Shown here in pieces: positions 1 to 8,171 of a DNA stretch of 32,000 nucleotides (the first letter of the stretch is position 1; the number at the start of each line of letters is the position of its first letter). Source of the stretch: Akkermansia muciniphila ATCC BAA-835 (GTDB taxonomy: Bacteria; Verrucomicrobiota; Verrucomicrobiia; Verrucomicrobiales; Akkermansiaceae). Position numbers and translations under genes: made by a program. The notes under the pieces were generated by a model. That model ran no database searches, was not told the DNA's origin, and saw nothing but the letters and a program-made list of their open reading frames with translations. The DNA lies in assembly GCF_000020225.1 (NCBI RefSeq), contig NC_010655.1:1710001-1742000 (forward strand), read 5' to 3'.

Positions 1-1311
1 GTTCAGCATGACCACAAACCACAGGACAATGACGGCTACCCAGGCCCACAGGCCCGGTTTGGTGTTCGGGTCCGTGACGGAGGCAACATTTTTAACGCCG
101 TTGCGCACGGCGGAGACGATGATGATCGCCAGGACGATGATGGTCAGAATGAGAACGGCGTAATCAACCGTGCTCATTTCAAAGTGGTAACCTGCGGAGG
201 CGGAGGCGTTTGCCGGGGTCCGGACGCCCGGGGCCGTTTCCCCGCTGATGGTCATGATTTCAGAGCCCCTGACAACGGCGGGAACCGTGGCGATGCCCAC
301 GGGCCATTCCCCCTGGCGCGTCCATGTGTTTCCGATGACGTCATAGACCAGGATATCCCGGGACTGCGCCACAGGCCTGGACGGGTCCGGCGAGTTGCCG
401 CGCTTGTCTCCGCCGATCAGGAGAATGGAGTTTTCCCGCACCGGGGCGGGACCCGCGGCGGCGGCTACGGGCATTCCCGGTCCGGCAAGCTGCTGCCTGC
501 CGGAGGAGCCCCATTTGGAAGGGTCCTTGGACGTCATGTCGTAGCCGATCATGTCGGAAAGATACGTCCTGGAGGTTTCTCCGGAGTTATCCCTGGACAG
601 GGAACAGCCGCCTATGATGAACAGGGTGCTGTCGCAGACGGCAGCGGTGGAGAGAATGCGCCCCTCTCCGGGAAAAGGGGGAAGGGAAACCCATTTCATT
701 TTATCCGTGTCCGGCGTGGTGTCCAGCATGTAGATGGTATTGAGTGCGGTTTCCGGCTGCTCCCGGTCTCTGCCGCCGATGACGAACAATTTGTTCCCGT
801 GGGCGGCGCAGGAGGCTTCCGTTACGGGGACGGGAAGGGGAGGAAGCTTTTCTACGGAGCCGTCCGTTTTAATCAGCAGGGCATCTTTCAGGATGCCCTG
901 AGCATTGTGGCCTCCGGCCACAGCCAGCCCCTTGCCCACGCTGGCAAAGGCGGCGTAACCCAGCGGGACGGGCAATGTTCCCGCCTTGCTCCACTGGCCG
1001 TTGCGAAGCTTGAAAATATCCTGGTAGTAGGTTTTGGGGCCGCGTTCCTCCGGAGTTGAGGCGCCCGGCGCAGCCTGGGGGAAGTTGGCGCCCCCTGCGG
1101 CGATGACGGACTGGCTGCCGTCGTCTTCCGTGACGGTTCCGGCAACCATGCCGGCGCGGCCTGCCGGGTCCGGAAGGTCGGGAACAGTTCCGGACGTCCG
1201 GACATCCACGGAAAAGGAGGCGTCAGCGGCCGGAGCCGCGATGAGAAGCAGGGCTGCCAGAGCGGAGCCGCAAGCCTTGGAAATTCGGGTAAGGGAGCGT
1301 GTCATGTGCAT
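1..1311 (-). CDS. Kelch-type beta-propeller protein (NanM / cyclically-permuted-mutarotase-like) with signal peptide, continuing in frame into C-terminal transmembrane segments; 3-prime end lies beyond the window
   Basis: Absent from the ORF track because it has no stop inside the window. I checked every in-register plus-strand triplet (1-3, 4-6 ... up to 1321-1323). There is no TTA/CTA/TCA until TTA at 1324-1326, so the minus frame is open from 1323 to 1. ATGs are at 1311 and 1305. Translation: MTRSLTRISKACGSALAALLLIAAPAADA (signal peptide) .. AAGGANFP .. LPVPLGYAAFASVGKGLAVAGG .. KLFVIGG .. LFIIGGC .. ILLIGGD (Kelch-like blades). It is paralogous to 1344-2327. From the Met at 177 the same frame continues as MSTVDYAVLILTIIVLAIIIVSAVRNG..GLWAWVAVIVLWFVVMLN, which is two hydrophobic helices. 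Confidence 0.7.
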   Translation of the reverse strand, partial: MHMTRSLTRISKACGSALAALLLIAAPAADASFSVDVRTSGTVPDLPDPAGRAGMVAGTVTEDDGSQSVIAAGGANFPQAAPGASTPEERGPKTYYQDIFKLRNGQWSKAGTLPVPLGYAAFASVGKGLAVAGGHNAQGILKDALLIKTDGSVEKLPPLPVPVTEASCAAHGNKLFVIGGRDREQPETALNTIYMLDTTPDTDKMKWVSLPPFPGEGRILSTAAVCDSTLFIIGGCSLSRDNSGETSRTYLSDMIGYDMTSKDPSKWGSSGRQQLAGPGMPVAAAAGPAPVRENSILLIGGDKRGNSPDPSRPVAQSRDILVYDVIGNTWTRQGEWPVGIATVPAVVRGSEIMTISGETAPGVRTPANASASAGYHFEMSTVDYAVLILTIIVLAIIIVSAVRNGVKNVASVTDPNTKPGLWAWVAVIVLWFVVMLN

Positions 1312-1343
1312 ATGTTGAGAGGTTTAATTGGATTCCGGTCAAA

Positions 1344-2327
1344 TCAGGGGAGGGAGATGCTCCACACTTCAGGAGAGCGCCTGCCGGGTTTGAGCTCTCC
1401 GTTCACGGCCGCGAAACGGTCCTGCCACGCGCAACACGGAAGGACAGCCCTGGGCGCGGCGATGGGGCCTGCGTCGTGCCATGTCATGTCTGCCGTGTCC
1501 AGGCACAGGGATTGGTTATTGAAGCCGGGATTAGTTTGGGGAGTGTATTTTTTTCCGGAGCCGTCATCCCCCCCAAGCAGGTAAATGACGCCGTTTCCGG
1601 AAACCGGGGCCGGGGTGGGGGCTGCGGCGATGGCGTAAGGCATGTCCGGCAGGCGCGTCCATCCGTGTTCCGGAGTATAGCTCCAGGCTTCCTTCAGCAG
1701 TTCCCGGACCTGTTGGCCGTCCTGTTCCCGCAGGCCGATGCCGCCGAGCACGTACAGGGCTCCGTCTGTTGCGGCCATCTGATGCAGGAAGCGGCCGCGG
1801 CCCGGCAGCGGGGCCTGTTCCAGCCATCCCTGTTCCGTCCGGCGTGTGTCCAGCATGAAGACCCGGTTGGTGCAGTCCTGCTCGCCGGGGCGTTCGCACC
1901 CTCCTGTAAGATAGACTTTCCCGTCCAGGACGGCAGCCGCCGTATATGCCAGGGCGATAGGGAGGGAAGGGAAAGGATGCGTGGTGACAGTTCCCTCCGC
2001 GAGGTTCAGCAGGTAAACGTCTTTCCGGTGCCCTTCCTTGCCGCAGCCGCCGATGCACAGCAGGCCTTCCCTGATGCCGGCGGAGGCGCCGTATGCATAA
2101 GGCACGGGCAATGTTCCGGCCTCTTTCCATTCGTTTTCCCCCGGAGAGAGCGTAAAGATACGGTCCGTCCACGTTTTGGCTCCTCCTTCAAGCATGGGCT
2201 TTTCCGGGAAATTGGTACCTCCTGCACAAATCATTATTTCTCCGCAGGTCCCTGCGTACATGCCGGCGAAGCCTTCCGGATCGGGAAGGGCGGGTAAAGG
2301 TGTCCAGGATGAAGAATAGCGGCTCAT
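1344..2327 (-). CDS. Kelch-repeat beta-propeller protein, NanM/YjhT-like mutarotase family, no signal peptide
   Basis: 327-aa ORF with repeated blade motifs CAGGTNFP, LPVPYAYGASAG, LLCIGGC, KVYLTGGC, ALYVLGG and VIYLLGGDD. The N-terminus MSRYSSSWTPLPALPDPEGF has no hydrophobic leader. The stop lies about 32-38 nt upstream of the next Kelch gene start on the same strand. Confidence 0.75.
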   Translation of the reverse strand: MSRYSSSWTPLPALPDPEGFAGMYAGTCGEIMICAGGTNFPEKPMLEGGAKTWTDRIFTLSPGENEWKEAGTLPVPYAYGASAGIREGLLCIGGCGKEGHRKDVYLLNLAEGTVTTHPFPSLPIALAYTAAAVLDGKVYLTGGCERPGEQDCTNRVFMLDTRRTEQGWLEQAPLPGRGRFLHQMAATDGALYVLGGIGLREQDGQQVRELLKEAWSYTPEHGWTRLPDMPYAIAAAPTPAPVSGNGVIYLLGGDDGSGKKYTPQTNPGFNNQSLCLDTADMTWHDAGPIAAPRAVLPCCAWQDRFAAVNGELKPGRRSPEVWSISLP

Positions 2328-2456
2328 AATACGTGTAAATGACTCGCCATATACTAGCTAAAAACCGGCGGCTGCGCCAGTATTAACCTCTGGTCCTATT
2401 TTTTTGAATAAATTCCTTTCCTTGCGCCTCTTACCAACGTAGAAGAGGTTAATCAT

Positions 2457-3290
2457 ATGAAAACAGGAACCCGTTTGTTGATCTTATGCCTCCTGGCTCC
2501 TGCCGCCCTGGCGGAAAATATGTCCCTGCGGTCCGGCAGGGTGCTGAAAGACGCCGTTGTGGTGTCTTCCGGAGATGATTTTGTCAATATCCAGTACACG
2601 GACGGGGTGGCCAAGGTTTCCTATAAAGATTTGACGGATGCCCAGCAAAGGGATTACAGGATGACGCCGGATGAAGTGAAGGCCAGGCTGGACCAGCGAA
2701 GGATGGAGGAAGCGGCGCGCAGAAAGAAGGCGGAAGAAGCCAGGAAGGCGGCCGATGAAGAAGCCAGGAAGATCCGGGAGTCCCTGTCTGAGGCGGAGCG
2801 GCATCCCCGCTATCTGGAAGGGGCGGATATTTCCCGCATGTTTTTGCTGATGGGGGAACTTACCAAGGTGGAGGCGGAGGTTATGGCTCTGCAGTGGAAT
2901 GCCCTGGAAGCGGACCGTGTGGGTTTGCCGGAAGACGCCCGCGTTTTCCGCGCAAGGGCGGCAGCCTATCAGGAGCAGATAAACGCCATCCGTAAAAAAA
3001 GGGAAACCGCAGAACAGTATTGGCAGGATTTGGAGAAGAAATACCTGGCCTTGAAAGACGGTACCCAGAAGAAGATTGCAGATTTGAATAAGCAGGTTTC
3101 CCAATTGCAGGGGGAAGTGAGGGAGGTGGCCAGCCAGCCGAGAACGGAACGCATCATTGTCCCTCCGATTATCAGGACGTGGAATTACCCGCCGCCGCCT
3201 GTCATTATCCGGCCCCAGCCGCCCCCTCCCCGTCCCGTGCCTCCGAGTCCGATACCTTTGCCCGTAAAGCCGAGTTTGTACAGAAGTTAA
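2457..3290 (+). CDS. secreted hypothetical protein: signal peptide, small N-terminal domain, charged coiled coil, proline-rich C-terminal tail
   Basis: MKTGTRLLILCLLAPAALA is a signal peptide. EEAARRKKAEEARKAADEEARKIRE and later heptad-like stretches suggest a coiled coil. The C-terminus is YPPPPVIIRPQPPPPRPVPPSPIPLPVKP. A GAGG lies 9 nt upstream of the ATG. Confidence 0.7.
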   Translation: MKTGTRLLILCLLAPAALAENMSLRSGRVLKDAVVVSSGDDFVNIQYTDGVAKVSYKDLTDAQQRDYRMTPDEVKARLDQRRMEEAARRKKAEEARKAADEEARKIRESLSEAERHPRYLEGADISRMFLLMGELTKVEAEVMALQWNALEADRVGLPEDARVFRARAAAYQEQINAIRKKRETAEQYWQDLEKKYLALKDGTQKKIADLNKQVSQLQGEVREVASQPRTERIIVPPIIRTWNYPPPPVIIRPQPPPPRPVPPSPIPLPVKPSLYRS

Positions 3291-3438
3291 AGATGCTCCG
3301 GAGCGTTCCCTTTTCTGTCCATGGGCCTGTGCCGTTTACTGGAAAAAGGGACGGACGGATGGGAATACGGGGAACAGGCCGCCCGTGCGGCTGCCGCCAA
3401 GGCCTGCCGGAACATTCCTTTGCCGCGGAGGGAAAGCA

Positions 3439-4272
3439 TCAGATTCCGGGCAGGGGGAACAGTTTCATGCGGCCCCCCTGGAAGGAGGCCAGATGCCTGA
3501 ATCCTGCCTGCCGGGCCAGTTCCCCGGCCCGCTTGAAATCCCGCCCTACATCCTCCGGCCTGTGGGCGTCTGAACTGATGGTGAGGGGAATTCCCGCCTC
3601 CGCCGCCATTTTCAGGAATTGCCCGTCCGGATATTGTTCCCCGCACTTGTTGTGCCAACCGGCTGTGTTAAGTTCCAGGCAGGCTCCGGTTTCCCGCATG
3701 GCTTCCAGCGACGGTTCATAATAACGGCGCAGGTCTCCAGAAGGGCGGAAGCCGAATTTTTTAATCAGGTCCGCGTGCCCCATGATGTGGAACATTCCGG
3801 AGGCGGCCATGTTCCGGAAGCGTTCCCAATACTGTTCCCATGCGTCCTCCACATCCGTCCGGTGCCAGAAATCCATTCTGTGGGGATTGTCGAATTCCTC
3901 CTTTTCCCCCAGATAATGGACGGAACCGATCAGGTAATCCCATGCGTGCAGGCCCTGCAGGTGCTCTATCCATGGTTCGATGCCGGGAAACCAGTCGCAT
4001 TCCAGAGCGGAACGGACCGTCAGTCCGTGCAGCGCGGCGCATTCACGGGCTTCCGTGAGCCAGTCCAGGTAGGCCGGCATGTCCGCCTGCTTCATGCGCC
4101 AGTCGTCAAAAGGTTCCCCAGGCATCGGGGCATGGTCTGAAATGCCGTATTCCCGGAGTCCGGCTCGGACGGCTGCCTGCACATATTCCTGCGGAGTGCC
4201 GGAGGCGTGCAGGCACAGGGGGGTATGGGTATGGTAATCGCAGTACATGGAGGGGAATGCCCATGCTAGCAT
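3439..4272 (-). CDS. PHP-family histidinol phosphatase (HisJ/HisK type)
   Basis: MYCDYHTHTPLCLHASG .. GISDHAP .. GSVHYL .. MGHADLIKKF .. ISSDAHRPEDVG is the typical PHP metal-ligand pattern. The more likely start is the ATG at 4248 (MYCDYHTHT); the ORF maximum begins at 4272. Confidence 0.8.
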   Translation of the reverse strand: MLAWAFPSMYCDYHTHTPLCLHASGTPQEYVQAAVRAGLREYGISDHAPMPGEPFDDWRMKQADMPAYLDWLTEARECAALHGLTVRSALECDWFPGIEPWIEHLQGLHAWDYLIGSVHYLGEKEEFDNPHRMDFWHRTDVEDAWEQYWERFRNMAASGMFHIMGHADLIKKFGFRPSGDLRRYYEPSLEAMRETGACLELNTAGWHNKCGEQYPDGQFLKMAAEAGIPLTISSDAHRPEDVGRDFKRAGELARQAGFRHLASFQGGRMKLFPLPGI

Positions 4273-4392
4273 GGCGGAGCGGACGGTTCAACCCGGAGGG
4301 ATGTCTTTGTTCATTATTTGCCGTCTTTGACTTTATGAGTTGATTTTATGGACAGGATTTTTTAGAGTTGCGTTAAATAGGACACGTGACAT

Positions 4393-5484
4393 ATGAGTGA
4401 CTGGCAAGGCTTTTCCCCGCTGAATGATTTTACTGGGCCGCTCCTGGATAACCTGAAGCGCCACCCCAAGCGCATTGTTTTTCCGGAAGGGGAGGATGTC
4501 CGCGTGCTGCGCGTGTCCCAGCGCTTTGTGGAAGAGCAGGCCGGCGCGCCTATCCTGCTGGGGAGGAGGGAAGTCATCACGAGAATGGCGGAAATGAACG
4601 GAATTTCCCTGAAATTCGTCCGTATCATTGAACCGGAAAAAAGCTCGGATCTTCAGATGTTCTGCGACCGTTATGAACGGGCGGAGCAGATGTTCGGCAA
4701 CGGGTTGCCTATGAATACCCGTGAAATTGTTTCCGAACCGGTTCATTTTGCCGCCATGATGGTGCTCTACGGCCAGGCGGACGCCATTGTGGCCGGGAAC
4801 ATGAAAAGGGTGGCTTCCGTTTTCCGCGCAGTAAACAAGTACAGGCAGGATCCCGTTCCCACCAAGCCCCTGTTTGCCATTTCCATTGTGCTCGTTCCCG
4901 AATTTTCCAAGAAATTCGGCGGCCGCGGCGTCTATTTTCTGGCGGATACCGGGGTAAACCCTGAACCCACGGTGGAAAATATGGCCTATTTTGCCGTAGA
5001 GACGGCCAAAATGGCCCGCCACATGCTGGGTAAAAGCGTTCGCGTCGCCATGCTGAGCGCGTCCACTTCGGGCTCCGTTCCGGAACTGGCTGCGGACCGC
5101 ACCAGGGCCGCTGCGGCGCTGGCGAAGAGCATGGTGCAGAAGGATTGCCTGAACAATGAAATCTCCATAGAGGGGGAAATCCAGATTGATGCCGCTCTGT
5201 CGTCAGATTCCTACAGCGTGCGCGTGCACCGCAACTCCATGCTTCAGCCAAGTGAGGTTTGGGTCTTCCCGACTCTGGATGCTGCGGATATCTCCAAAAA
5301 ACTGTTGTGCATGATGCCGTCCGTATACAACTATGGCCTTATTCTGGGCGGTCTGCTCTTCCCGATTGCCCAGCTGCCGCGGCTGACAGATGAAGACAGG
5401 ATGTTCGGTACTGCGCTGGTGGTGGGGAATGAAGCCATTAAATTCCACCTGTTGTATCCGCAGGGGGTTGCTCCGCTTTATTGA
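4393..5484 (+). CDS. pta: phosphate acetyl/butyryl-transferase family protein (Pta-like)
   Basis: N-terminal KRIVFPEGEDVRVLRVSQRFVEEQAGAPILLGRRE, then ADAIVAGN and LSASTSGS, are PTA_PTB-like motifs. The size (363 aa) fits a stand-alone Pta domain. Confidence 0.7.
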   Translation: MSDWQGFSPLNDFTGPLLDNLKRHPKRIVFPEGEDVRVLRVSQRFVEEQAGAPILLGRREVITRMAEMNGISLKFVRIIEPEKSSDLQMFCDRYERAEQMFGNGLPMNTREIVSEPVHFAAMMVLYGQADAIVAGNMKRVASVFRAVNKYRQDPVPTKPLFAISIVLVPEFSKKFGGRGVYFLADTGVNPEPTVENMAYFAVETAKMARHMLGKSVRVAMLSASTSGSVPELAADRTRAAAALAKSMVQKDCLNNEISIEGEIQIDAALSSDSYSVRVHRNSMLQPSEVWVFPTLDAADISKKLLCMMPSVYNYGLILGGLLFPIAQLPRLTDEDRMFGTALVVGNEAIKFHLLYPQGVAPLY

Positions 5485-6442
5485 CCGGGCGCGGCGTGTC
5501 CGTGACCAGCAGGCGCTTTTCCTTGCGTACGGCCAGTTTTCCGCCGGGCAGGGAAGTTCGGGAAGGGCCGTCCGTATTCAGGATGTCCATTACCCGGAGT
5601 ACGGCGTCTTCCGTCAGGTCCGGAATATGTTGCCGGCGCAGGTAATCATGCACGGCGCATTGTCTCAGCTCCGCAGGAAGCAGGTTGATTTTCGGCAAGA
5701 ACAGGCGCCCCTGGGGATCTGTCAGGTTCATGGAGTCCAGCGCCTGGGAAAGCGCCGTGCGGATTTGATTTTCCAGGTGGCAGGCACGTGAAAAGGGAAG
5801 GCTGGTGTCCCTTTGGAACAGCGCATTCAATTTGGGAATAATCTCATGGCGCAGGGCGTTCCTGGTATATTCGGCAGACTGGTTGCTGGAATCTTCCCTC
5901 CATGGAATATGGCGATGCTCCAGATAGGAGGTGATATCCTCCCGGGAAAAATCCAGCATGGGGCGTACGACGGTCAATCCGTTGGCCCAGGTGGAGACGG
6001 GGAACATACCGTGAATGCCGGAGGCACCGCGGCAGAGGTGAAGAAGGGCCGTTTCCTGCTGGTCGTTCCGGTGGTGGGCCAGAGCCACGAGAGCCCCCGG
6101 GTAACCGGCGGCCCATTTCAGAAACGAGGCCTGCCTGGCTTCCCTGGCCGCTTCTTCAATGGCTATTCCGCGGGTATGGGCCATACTGCGGACATTGACG
6201 CGTTCCCGGACACAGGGAATACCCAGGGAGGCGGCGTAACGGAGCACAAACATTTCCTCTTCCTCCGCTTCCGGACGCAGCTGGTGATTTACATGGCATG
6301 CAACCAGATTGCATCCCGGCATGCCGGACAGCAGGGAAAGCAAAGCCATGGAGTCCCTCCCCCCGCTGATTCCGGCAAGGACGGGGCGGCCGGAGCGGAG
6401 GAGTTCCGCGGACTGGCTGTCAAAATGGTCCGGTGTCAACAT
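5438..6442 (-). CDS. tilS: tRNA(Ile)-lysidine synthetase
   Basis: PP-loop motif LAGISGGRDSMALL near the N-terminus, then LALAHHRNDQQETALLHLCRG and RPMLDFSREDI. The 3-prime end overlaps the pta-like gene by 47 nt. Confidence 0.85.
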   Translation of the reverse strand: MLTPDHFDSQSAELLRSGRPVLAGISGGRDSMALLSLLSGMPGCNLVACHVNHQLRPEAEEEEMFVLRYAASLGIPCVRERVNVRSMAHTRGIAIEEAAREARQASFLKWAAGYPGALVALAHHRNDQQETALLHLCRGASGIHGMFPVSTWANGLTVVRPMLDFSREDITSYLEHRHIPWREDSSNQSAEYTRNALRHEIIPKLNALFQRDTSLPFSRACHLENQIRTALSQALDSMNLTDPQGRLFLPKINLLPAELRQCAVHDYLRRQHIPDLTEDAVLRVMDILNTDGPSRTSLPGGKLAVRKEKRLLVTDTPRPVNKAEQPPADTTGGI

Positions 6443-6493
6443 GGTGCTGCTGCGAGTGAATCAGGAAAAAGAGATCAAAGGAAGCCTGCAAAT

Positions 6494-6524
6494 AAAAACC
6501 CCGTTTTCCGGGAAGGAAACGGGG
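6494..6524 (-). terminator. intrinsic terminator downstream of rpmE
   Basis: ccccgttt (6499-6506) pairs with aaacgggg (6517-6524), with 1-2 extra pairs. On the minus strand the hairpin is followed by TTTTT (plus-strand aaaaa 6494-6498). It lies 25 nt past the rpmE stop. Confidence 0.7.
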
Positions 6525-6548
6525 TTGGAAAATTGCTGAAGGCAGTTC

Positions 6549-6824
6549 TTACTTGTTGAGCTTGGGCTTGCCTCCGCTGCGGCGGACGGTGCCGAAGCGC
6601 TTCTGGAATTTGTCGATGCGGCCTTCCGTGTCCACAAACTGGTTCTTGCCGGTGAAGAACGGGTGGGAATCAGAGGTGATACCGCAGGAAACCACGAAAT
6701 GTTCAACCCCGTCAATAACTTCCGTCTTGGGAGAACGAACAGTGGAACGGGTGATGAAGCGGCGTCCGGTGGTGATGTCAACAAAAACGACCGGATTATA
6801 CTGGGGGTGAATATCTTTCTTCAT
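6549..6824 (-). CDS. rpmE: 50S ribosomal protein L31, type B (no CxxC zinc motif)
   Basis: MKKDIHPQYNPVVFVDITTGRRFITRSTV .. SDSHPFFTGKNQFVDTEGRIDKFQKRFG. The canonical L31 start MKKDIHP is at 6824, so the 18-codon extension to 6878 in the ORF track is probably not translated. The Cys pairs of type A are absent. Confidence 0.9.
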   Translation of the reverse strand: MKKDIHPQYNPVVFVDITTGRRFITRSTVRSPKTEVIDGVEHFVVSCGITSDSHPFFTGKNQFVDTEGRIDKFQKRFGTVRRSGGKPKLNK

Positions 6825-6975
6825 GGTGATGTATTGCGTTTCCGACGCAAGGGGAACGCAAGTATAAATATGTTTCATTGCATGTCAAGCATCCCCGCGT
6901 AAAAATAAGGAAGTTTGTGGATGACGGTTCGGGAGCTTGCGGAAGGAACGGTTGTGGAGATGATATGACGGAAAA

Positions 6976-7851
6976 ATGGAGCAGGTGTTGAAGAGGCCCC
7001 CCTGGTGGGCGTGGTTTTCCCTGATGGGATTGGAAATCCCTTCTGCCGCCATTGCCTGGGCTTTTGCCGTCAGCCAGTCCCATCTGGTGGTAGTTTCCTC
7101 CCCCTGGCTGTATCAATTCCTGTTTGTGGCTGTCTGGTGCGTCAATATGCTGGACCGGGTGCTGAAAATATTCCGGGGCGGTTCCGCTGTCTACACGGAT
7201 GAATGCCTGCTTTTTGCCAAAAAGCATTGTTTCGTTATCTCCCTGCTCATTATGGTGGCGGCCGTGACGGGGCTTTGGATCATGTTTTTCCAATTGGGTG
7301 TGGTTATTTTTCAATTTGCCTTTCTGCCTGGCGTCTGCAGTCTGCTCTTTCTCTATTTCTCTTCCAACCCTCATCAGAAAGGGAGCCTGTCTTCCGGATT
7401 CGTCATGGGGGCGTTTTTTGCCGCCGTTTCCTTCGCTACGGGTGCCGGAATACCGGCCTACTTTTACGGGACGGTAGGCGGCGGCTGGGGAGGCCAGCTT
7501 TCCGAACCCACCTGGTATCTGGTAGCGCTGGTCATCCTCTGCATGTTCAGCCGCAAACGGTGGAGCGAAGAAGAGGATGAGGACGGGCAGGATTCCGCCG
7601 ACCGCGACATGGTATCCCTGGTATGGATGGGGGTGATAGTCATTTACGTTGTATTCTGTCTGGCCGCCGCCGCCAGGGAATATACCGGGGATGCGTGGAT
7701 TTATTATGGGCTGGCAATGGCGGGGGCATTCATGTTTGTGCTGGACAGGCTGAAGATGAACATGCCTCCCCTCCTCCTGCACACGCTATCCTGGGCGGCA
7801 CTGATTTTCCCATTGCTGTTGAGCGGTATTCTGGCGCAGGCTTCCTCCTGA
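6976..7851 (+). CDS. hypothetical polytopic inner-membrane protein
   Basis: 291 aa with about 8 hydrophobic segments (WWAWFSLMGLEIPSAAIAWAFAV, FVISLLIMVAAVTGLWIMFF, VVIFQFAFLPGVCSLLFLYF, and others) and an acidic loop RWSEEEDEDGQDSADRD. I recognise no family. Confidence 0.55.
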   Translation: MEQVLKRPPWWAWFSLMGLEIPSAAIAWAFAVSQSHLVVVSSPWLYQFLFVAVWCVNMLDRVLKIFRGGSAVYTDECLLFAKKHCFVISLLIMVAAVTGLWIMFFQLGVVIFQFAFLPGVCSLLFLYFSSNPHQKGSLSSGFVMGAFFAAVSFATGAGIPAYFYGTVGGGWGGQLSEPTWYLVALVILCMFSRKRWSEEEDEDGQDSADRDMVSLVWMGVIVIYVVFCLAAAAREYTGDAWIYYGLAMAGAFMFVLDRLKMNMPPLLLHTLSWAALIFPLLLSGILAQASS

Positions 7852-7898
7852 TTGGCTGGGCGGATTCCTGCTATGGAGCGCGGCAAAATACAGGGAAG

Positions 7899-7927
7899 TT
7901 GAAAAAATAATATTTTGTGGTTGCAAT
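7899..7927 (+). promoter_or_regulatory. candidate sigma70-like promoter for the tRNA-Phe/tRNA-Pro pair
   Basis: TTGAAA (7899-7904), a 17-nt spacer, then TGCAAT (7922-7927), about 55 nt upstream of tRNA-Phe in an AT-rich stretch. This is a sequence-only guess. Confidence 0.25.
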
Positions 7928-7983
7928 ATTGGGAAGAGGATGATAGATTCTGCCCCGCAAGCACATTCTGCGTGCAGGCAAGT

Positions 7984-8059
7984 GGCTCGGTAGCTCAGTC
8001 GGTAGAGCAGGGGATTGAAAATCCCCGTGTCGGCGGTTCGATCCCGTCCCGAGCCACCA
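7984..8059 (+). tRNA. tRNA-Phe (anticodon GAA), CCA encoded
   Basis: Folded by hand: acceptor GGCTCGG/CCGAGCC, D arm GCTC-AGTCGGTA-GAGC, anticodon arm GGGGA-TTGAAAA-TCCCC, T arm GGCGG-TTCGATC-CCGTC, discriminator A plus CCA. Confidence 0.95.
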
Positions 8060-8094
8060 TTTTTTCTCCCAATTTCTAATCCCTCCTTTTTATA

Positions 8095-8171
8095 CGGGAA
8101 GTAGCTCAGCCTGGTGGAGCGCCTGCTTTGGGAGCAGGATGTCGCAGGTTCGAATCCTGTCTTCCCGACCA
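8095..8171 (+). tRNA. tRNA-Pro (anticodon UGG), CCA encoded
   Basis: Acceptor CGGGAAG/CTTCCCG, D arm GCTC-AGCCTGGTG-GAGC, anticodon arm CCTGC-TTTGGGA-GCAGG, T arm GCAGG-TTCGAAT-CCTGT, then A-CCA. Confidence 0.95.
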
